From: Escherichia coli
Lineage (GTDB): Bacteria > Pseudomonadota > Gammaproteobacteria > Enterobacterales > Enterobacteriaceae
Assembly: GCF_050920415.1 (NCBI RefSeq)
Contig: NZ_CP169309.1
DNA: 64,000 bases
Reading direction: 5' to 3' (one strand)
Below are positions 58,090-64,000 of the stretch, in pieces. The translations under genes were made by a program, and so were the position numbers. A model generated the notes under the pieces. The model made no database searches. It was not told where the DNA came from and worked only from the letters and a program-made list of their open reading frames with translations. The first letter of the stretch is position 1; every line of letters begins with the position of its first letter.

Positions 58090-58968
58090 TTACTGGCTCG
58101 CCGCAGCCAACTCCTCTTCTGACACCCCGGTAAAACGCATGATGTCCGCAAGAGGGACTCCGGATTCAAGCATTATTTTGGCTATATGCAAGGCTTTGGA
58201 TTGTTCCCCTTCTTGCCGCAATCTTTCCGCAATAGTCATTAAACTCTCCTTGTGTTTCGGTGAACGTTCGGCCACACCATCGATAAAATCATTAAAACGT
58301 ACTGCATCGCCAGTTTGCAGTATGTAATTAAACAGCCCTTTGATTTGTCTGTCATTAGCGTATCCACTACTTAATAAGCAGGCCATTTGCTCTACCAGCC
58401 CCATCAGGTCGCGTTGACGTATATGTTTTTGGATTAACTCCAGCAGCGCCATACGTCGGTGCTGCATGATTTCATCATCAGGCATGACAGTGACATCAAT
58501 CAGCGGGAATGCAGAGGCATAAAGCTGTCTGGCCAGTTTGGGATCGGCGAAACAATCCAGCCAACACAGTGAATAGGGATATGGGCTTTCAATGCCGTGG
58601 TAAAACAACAATGGCACCACCATCGGCAACGTTTTGTATCCGGCATCCAGGTGATTTTGCATTGCGGCAATGGCGTAACGCATCATGCGAAATGCGATCA
58701 GTTTGTTTGAGGTGCTTTGATGTTCAATCAGACAATAGATATATCCCGGTCCTTGTTCCGTTTTCACCGACCACAGCACGTCGGAATAGCTTTCACGCAG
58801 ATCGTCATCAATAAAGCTGCTCGACTCCAGCTTGAGGGTTTTCATATCACAGAGCGCGTGAATAGGTGCCGGTAAATGGAACGCAAGAAAATCGCGCGCC
58901 GTCTCCGGTTGGCGTAAAAAGAGTTTGAACAGCGCATCGTGTGGGGTGGAACTCTGCTTTTTGCTCAT
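58090..58968 (-). CDS. rpnA: Rpn-family recombination-promoting nuclease (YhgA/RpnA; PD-(D/E)XK transposase_31-like)
   Basis: 292-aa ORF starting [33 protein letters not shown], recognised as YhgA. Confidence 0.88.
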   Translation of the reverse strand: MSKKQSSTPHDALFKLFLRQPETARDFLAFHLPAPIHALCDMKTLKLESSSFIDDDLRESYSDVLWSVKTEQGPGYIYCLIEHQSTSNKLIAFRMMRYAIAAMQNHLDAGYKTLPMVVPLLFYHGIESPYPYSLCWLDCFADPKLARQLYASAFPLIDVTVMPDDEIMQHRRMALLELIQKHIRQRDLMGLVEQMACLLSSGYANDRQIKGLFNYILQTGDAVRFNDFIDGVAERSPKHKESLMTIAERLRQEGEQSKALHIAKIMLESGVPLADIMRFTGVSEEELAAASQ

Positions 58969-59112
58969 GGCGTTCCTTCACCTGTTGTTTGAATGCCGCG
59001 ACTCTACGCGCCACTCCACACCTGTGCATTAGCGAGTTTTCATCCCTGCGAGACGCTTTCAGAGGAACTTACGTTGTACTGCAAGAGTTGCATTTTTATG
59101 GAAAGCCGCACG

Positions 59113-59146
59113 CAAAAAAGCCCGGTTGCAAACGCATACCGGGCTT
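59113..59146 (-). terminator. Rho-independent terminator after feoC
   Basis: On the minus strand: agcccggtatgcgtttgcaaccgggct hairpin followed by tttttt. Confidence 0.65.
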
Positions 59147-59169
59147 TCAAAACAGGTAGTAAAACAAGG

Positions 59170-59406
59170 TTAACGTAACGCCCACCACTCACGCAGACAG
59201 GCTTTGCCTTCCGGGCAGCTTTTACAACTGCCAGAGAGGCAGCCGTCAGGTTCTTCCTGAATCCGCACGGCTTTGCCCATACTTTCCAGCTGTTGCAGCA
59301 TGGCGTTAATCATTGGCTGCGGGGTGTTCAGTGTCTGGCTTATCTGGGCCGCTTCCATACGGCCCCGTAATGCCAGCAAATCACGCACCTGAATGAGCGA
59401 AGCCAT
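59170..59406 (-). CDS. feoC: Ferrous iron transport protein C (putative Fe-S transcriptional regulator)
   Basis: Internal start [23 protein letters not shown] within ORF 59170..59448; 78 aa with C-terminal Cys cluster. Confidence 0.9.
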   Translation of the reverse strand: MASLIQVRDLLALRGRMEAAQISQTLNTPQPMINAMLQQLESMGKAVRIQEEPDGCLSGSCKSCPEGKACLREWWALR

Positions 59407-59416
59407 TGCTGTATCC

Positions 59417-61738
59417 TTAGTGGCAATCGCCAGTGGTGCTGGCTGCACAGCAACTGCTTACCGATTTGCGTGTTGCCAGCAGTTCGATATCGACCCGGCT
59501 ACGTGCGCGACGCAGCAAACCGATGACCACGATGTTAAACAGGATAACCGCCAGAATGCATACCAGACTGTAAGTTGGATGCTGGCTGTAGCTGGCGACC
59601 TGGTAGAACAATGTTGCCAACGAGTAAGCGATATTTAGCCCCCACAGGATGGAGAAGCCCATCCAGCCACGGCTTGATTCACGGGCGATGGCCCCCATCA
59701 CCGAGATACACGGTACATACAGCAGAACGAAAATCAGGTAGCTGTAAGCAGCTGCTGCGCTTCCAAATTTCTGATCCATCACGCCCATCGCTCCGGTACC
59801 CATTTCACCGTCGCCTTTGCTCGCTTCAATGGGGTTCATCAGTACGCTAAGACTGAAGGTGTCTTTCAGACTCTGCCAGGTTTCATCTACCGCGCTGAAT
59901 AGCTCTTCACCGAGGTTAAATTCCGCCGGATTGAACTCTTCGTCCTGAATATTTTCTGCGGTGTAGAGGGTGTTGAGCGTACCCACCACCACTTCTTTCG
60001 CCATTGCGCCCGTGAACAGGCCAACCGTTGCCTGCCAGTTATCTTCATGTACACCAATCGGCTTGAAAACTGGGGTGATCACCCGGCTGACAGAAGCCAG
60101 TGCCGAGTCGTTGATGTTATCGACGATTTTCCCGCTCAGAGAGAAGCTGTTGAAAGCGCTCAGGAAAATGCTGACGATGATAATCACTTTACCAGCACGC
60201 AGAACGAAGCCTTTCAGACGCTGCCAGGTCTGGATAATCAGGCTTTTAACGTGTGGTACATGGTAGACCGGTAGCTCCATGACAAACGGCGTCGCTTCAC
60301 CGCGCATGATGGTGTACTTGAGCATCAGGCCAGTCAGCACCGCCATCACAATACCGAGCATATACAGCGAGAAGACCGCCAGCGCACCGTTCTGCCCGAA
60401 GAAGGCAGCCGCGAATACGGCGAAGATAGCCAGACGCGCGCCGCAGGACATAAACGGTGCCATCATGATGGTCATCAGACGTTCACGCGGTGCATCAAGC
60501 GTACGTGCGCCCATTACCGACGGTACGTTACAACCGAAACCAACGATCAGCGGTACAAAGGATTTCCCGGGCAAGCCCAGCGCCTGCATCAGACGGTCCA
60601 TCACAAACGCCGCACGCGCCATATAGCCGGAGTCCTCGAGGAAGGAGAGGAACAGGTACATCATGCCGATCTGTGGCACCAGTGGCAGAACGGTGTTAAT
60701 ACCGCCACCCAAGCCCTGGGCGAGGAAGATAGTCAGCCAGTCCGGGAAGTGGAGCGTGTAGCCAATCCACTGAATACCATGCACAAATAGCGCCACGGAG
60801 CCGACGTCAAACAGCGGCTGTAACGCCCCGCCGATGTTGATAGCCAGCAGGAACATCAGGTACATCACAAAGAGGAAAATCGGCAGACCGAGGAAACGGT
60901 TGAGCACGATTTTATCTACCGCAGTGGTGAAACGGCTGGGTTCTGCCGTCAGGGTGTTGCTTACCACATCACAGATGGCAGCAATGCACTGGTAACGCGC
61001 ATCGGCAATGTGCAGCGCCGGATCGTCCATCTCATTACGCAGACGGGCGAGGGCGGCATCAAGATGCTGCGACGCTTCACCGGCGTAGGCGCGGCTGTAG
61101 ATATCGCCTTCCAGCATTTGCAGGCCCAGCCAGCGACGTTGTTTGAGCGGGATGTCGGAAGGCATCACTTTTGCCAGTGAATCTGCTTCGTTGAGCAGCG
61201 GCTGTGCGTAATGCACCAGTTCCACATTCTCGTTAGCTTTATAGCGATCAATCGCCAGCTTGAGCGCTTCAATACCGCGACCACGAGTTGAAACCAGCGG
61301 GATCACCGGGCAGCCAAGACGCGCCGACAGAGCATCAATTTCAATGCGAATATTTTGCTTCTCGGCAATGTCGAGCATGTTCAGCGCCACGATGCAGGGA
61401 ATGCCGAGTTCCAGCAGTTGTAGCGTCAGGTACAGGTTACGCTCAAGGTTAGACGCATCCACCACGTTAATCAGCAGGTCAGCGTCGCCACTCAAAATGT
61501 AGTGACAGGCGATTTGCTCATCGAGCGAGGTCTGCGATGAGATGGTGGTCAGAGAATAGGTGCCGGGGAGGTCCACCAGCGTGACCTGATGATCGGTGGT
61601 GGAGAATTGCCCTTCTTTACGTTCGACGGTAACGCCAGCCCAGTTACCTACACGCTGACGTGCGCCAGTGAGCTGGTTAAATAAGGTTGTCTTGCCAGAA
61701 TTTGGATTACCAATTAAGCCAATGGTTAATTTTTTCAT
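59417..61738 (-). CDS. feoB: Ferrous iron transporter FeoB (GTPase plus permease)
   Basis: Internal start [25 protein letters not shown] (G-protein P-loop) within ORF 59417..61750, followed by a polytopic membrane domain. Confidence 0.96.
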   Translation of the reverse strand: MKKLTIGLIGNPNSGKTTLFNQLTGARQRVGNWAGVTVERKEGQFSTTDHQVTLVDLPGTYSLTTISSQTSLDEQIACHYILSGDADLLINVVDASNLERNLYLTLQLLELGIPCIVALNMLDIAEKQNIRIEIDALSARLGCPVIPLVSTRGRGIEALKLAIDRYKANENVELVHYAQPLLNEADSLAKVMPSDIPLKQRRWLGLQMLEGDIYSRAYAGEASQHLDAALARLRNEMDDPALHIADARYQCIAAICDVVSNTLTAEPSRFTTAVDKIVLNRFLGLPIFLFVMYLMFLLAINIGGALQPLFDVGSVALFVHGIQWIGYTLHFPDWLTIFLAQGLGGGINTVLPLVPQIGMMYLFLSFLEDSGYMARAAFVMDRLMQALGLPGKSFVPLIVGFGCNVPSVMGARTLDAPRERLMTIMMAPFMSCGARLAIFAVFAAAFFGQNGALAVFSLYMLGIVMAVLTGLMLKYTIMRGEATPFVMELPVYHVPHVKSLIIQTWQRLKGFVLRAGKVIIIVSIFLSAFNSFSLSGKIVDNINDSALASVSRVITPVFKPIGVHEDNWQATVGLFTGAMAKEVVVGTLNTLYTAENIQDEEFNPAEFNLGEELFSAVDETWQSLKDTFSLSVLMNPIEASKGDGEMGTGAMGVMDQKFGSAAAAYSYLIFVLLYVPCISVMGAIARESSRGWMGFSILWGLNIAYSLATLFYQVASYSQHPTYSLVCILAVILFNIVVIGLLRRARSRVDIELLATRKSVSSCCAASTTGDCH

Positions 61739-61754
61739 TGTTGTTATCACCGTA

Positions 61755-61982
61755 TTAACAGGAAACCGCTTCCACTTCTAATAAGGCCAGATCTTTTTTG
61801 CGTAATACCAGGCTCACACGACGGGTTTCGATATGAATGGGGTCGCCAAGTGGAGCGACGCGCACCACATTAAAAGAGGAGCCAGGTAACATGCCAAGAG
61901 AAAGCAGTTTTTGGCGATATGCCGGGCTGATTTCACGGGAAAAGCCAGTGATTTTCCACGCAGTATCTGGAGTGTATTGCAT
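61755..61982 (-). CDS. feoA: Ferrous iron transport protein A
   Basis: 75-aa ORF starting [30 protein letters not shown], recognised as FeoA. Confidence 0.95.
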   Translation of the reverse strand: MQYTPDTAWKITGFSREISPAYRQKLLSLGMLPGSSFNVVRVAPLGDPIHIETRRVSLVLRKKDLALLEVEAVSC

Positions 61983-62090
61983 AGGTGCCTACTTGTTTCT
62001 CATTAACTGGATAACTACCTCATGGGGCGTTTGACAGCGACATGAGACCAGATGATTTGCCAACGAAGGAGAGATTAAATAATCAACAAC

Positions 62091-62117
62091 ACAATGATAA
62101 TGAGAATGGTTTCTATC
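62091..62117. promoter_or_regulatory. Fur-box-like sequence in the feoABC promoter region
   Basis: caatgataatgagaatggtttctatc contains tgataatgagaat, resembling the Fur consensus; ~110 bp upstream of feoA. Confidence 0.45.
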
Positions 62118-62311
62118 AGCAATACTTAAAATGTGTGCGAATGTTGGTTTAGATAATAATCTGCGTGAATGTTGATGTGGCTCAAGGTTATATCGCAGCG
62201 AAAATATAATTCGAATGGCGAATTATCAGGGCGGGTTAATGTTTAATTAAGGTTTCATTTGTTAATGAAGTGATAAATATTGACGAAATATAGTGTGAGT
62301 TTGGTTGTGGA

Positions 62312-62345
62312 ATAAAAATGCCGGAGATATTCTCCGGCATTTTTA
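62312..62345 (-). terminator. Rho-independent terminator after tex (symmetric, possibly bidirectional)
   Basis: tgccggagatattctccggca perfect hairpin flanked by A-run on one side and T-run on the other. Confidence 0.7.
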
Positions 62346-62365
62346 TGTCAGGCATGGCGTTCGTT

Positions 62366-62397
62366 GCCAGATGCGGCGTGAACGCCTTATCTGGCAG
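62366..62397. repeat. REP-like element
   Basis: tgccagatgcggcgtgaacgccttatctggca, a REP variant. Confidence 0.55.
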
Positions 62398-62421
62398 GTT
62401 TACGTTTGTCTATCAGGGCGT

Positions 62422-64000
62422 TTAACGTTTTTTGCCCATTGCTGCCGCCAGCGCATCCATCATTGCGCTATTACCGGCAGGCTGCGCTTCACGCCCGCGC
62501 GGTTTGGCTGCCGGGCGGTTGTTTTGCGGGCGTTCATTACCGCCCCCGCGACGGGCGTTGGTTTCGCCAGGCTGCTCGTCCAGACGCATAGTCAGGGCGA
62601 TACGTTTACGCTGAAGATCCACTTCCAGCACTTTCACCTTCACAATGTCGCCCGCTTTCACCACGGTATGCGGATCTTCCACAAACTTGTTCGACAATGA
62701 AGAGATGTGAACCAGGCCGTCCTGATGTACGCCAATATCAACAAAAGCACCAAAATTGGTGACGTTGGTCACCGCACCTTCGAGGATCATACCCGGTTGC
62801 AGGTCGTTCATTGTCTCGACGCCATCGGCAAACTGGGCGGTTTTAAATTCCGGACGCGGATCGCGACCCGGTTTTTCCAGCTCTTTGATGATGTCAGTTA
62901 CCGTCGGCACACCGAATTTCTCATCAGTAAAGTCAGACGCTTTCAGGTTACGCAGTTCGCTGCTGTTACCCATCAGATCTTTCAGTGCCTGCTGTGTTGC
63001 TGCCAGAATGCGTTCCACCACCGGATAGGCTTCCGGGTGAACAGTAGAGGCGTCCAGCGGGTTGTCACCGTGGTTAATGCGCAAGAAGCCTGCGCACTGC
63101 TCGAAGGCTTTTGGCCCCAGGCGGCTCACTTTTAACAGTTGCTGGCGGTTCTGGAACTGGCCGTTCTCATCGCGCCAGGCCACAATGTTTTGCGCCATCA
63201 TGCGCGTCAGGCCCGCCACTCGGGTTAACAGCGGAACGGAAGCGGTGTTGAGATCGACGCCAACGGCGTTTACGCAGTCTTCTACTACTGCATCCAGTTT
63301 GCGGGCCAGCTGCGTCTGGCTGACGTCATGCTGATACTGACCTACGCCGATAGATTTCGGATCGATTTTCACCAGCTCCGCCAGCGGATCCTGCAAACGA
63401 CGGGCGATAGACACCGCGCCACGCAGCGAAACATCGAGATCCGGGAACTCCTGCGCCGCCAGTTCGGAAGCCGAGTAAACCGACGCGCCTGCTTCGCTGA
63501 CGATCACTTTCTGTGCGGTCACTTTCGGAAACTGCTTCTGAACGTCGAGATAGAAACGCTCGGTTTCGCGGGAAGCCGTACCGTTACCGATTGCCACCAG
63601 TTCAACGTTATGTTTTTCACACAAGGCAGCAACGGTCATCGCTGCTTTTGCGGCTTGTCCGGTGTGCGGATAAATGGTGTCGGTCGCCACCAGTTTACCC
63701 GTCGCATCGACTACCGCTACTTTTACCCCGGTACGCAGACCCGGATCGAGGCCCATCGTTGCACGCAGTCCGGCAGGGGCCGCCATCAGAAGATCGTGCA
63801 GGTTACGGGCAAAGACGTTGATTGCTTCATCTTCCGCGCGTTCACGCACTGTGCCCATCAGTTCGGTTTCCAGATGCATCAGCACCTTGATGCGCCACGT
63901 CCAGCTCACCACGCCTTTGCGCCAGCTATCCGCCGGGGCATTGTTCAGGCGCAGGCCAAGGTGATCCATGATGATTTGCTCGCAGTAGCTCTCTTTTGGC
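62422..64000 (-). CDS. tex: Transcription accessory protein Tex (YhgF), C-terminal part (N-terminus lies beyond the window end)
   Basis: ORF open to the window edge; YqgF/HhH/S1 domain content and C-terminal ...[14 protein letters not shown], recognised as Tex. Confidence 0.9.
   Translation of the reverse strand, partial: PKESYCEQIIMDHLGLRLNNAPADSWRKGVVSWTWRIKVLMHLETELMGTVRERAEDEAINVFARNLHDLLMAAPAGLRATMGLDPGLRTGVKVAVVDATGKLVATDTIYPHTGQAAKAAMTVAALCEKHNVELVAIGNGTASRETERFYLDVQKQFPKVTAQKVIVSEAGASVYSASELAAQEFPDLDVSLRGAVSIARRLQDPLAELVKIDPKSIGVGQYQHDVSQTQLARKLDAVVEDCVNAVGVDLNTASVPLLTRVAGLTRMMAQNIVAWRDENGQFQNRQQLLKVSRLGPKAFEQCAGFLRINHGDNPLDASTVHPEAYPVVERILAATQQALKDLMGNSSELRNLKASDFTDEKFGVPTVTDIIKELEKPGRDPRPEFKTAQFADGVETMNDLQPGMILEGAVTNVTNFGAFVDIGVHQDGLVHISSLSNKFVEDPHTVVKAGDIVKVKVLEVDLQRKRIALTMRLDEQPGETNARRGGGNERPQNNRPAAKPRGREAQPAGNSAMMDALAAAMGKKR

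Overview
This window is an Escherichia coli chromosomal segment, collinear with the reverse complement of the K-12 region ftsX–rpoH–liv–ugp–ggt–ryhB–gnt–asd–glg–glpD–glpEGR–rtc–mal–gntT–nfuA–bioH–feo–tex. Almost all of it is well-known core metabolism and transport; gene identities were assigned by recognising the translated ORFs from memory, with no database search run. The one accessory stretch lies between glgP and glpD (about 34.0–38.7 kb). It holds a three-gene island of membrane-anchored, phosphate-binding-protein-like (PstS-like) proteins and, beside it, an IS110-family element that looks like IS621, inserted into a REP repeat. The element's non-coding left end has the features of a bridge (guide) RNA: a perfect stem-loop plus short segments matching the target flank and the element's own right end. 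Its recombinase ORF is split by a frameshift, and the Rtc regulator gene rtcR also appears frameshifted. The strain is not K-12: it lacks the yhhZ–yrhA–IS1–yrhB segment between ggt and yhhY that I recall from K-12. No CRISPR arrays, tRNA or rRNA genes were seen.
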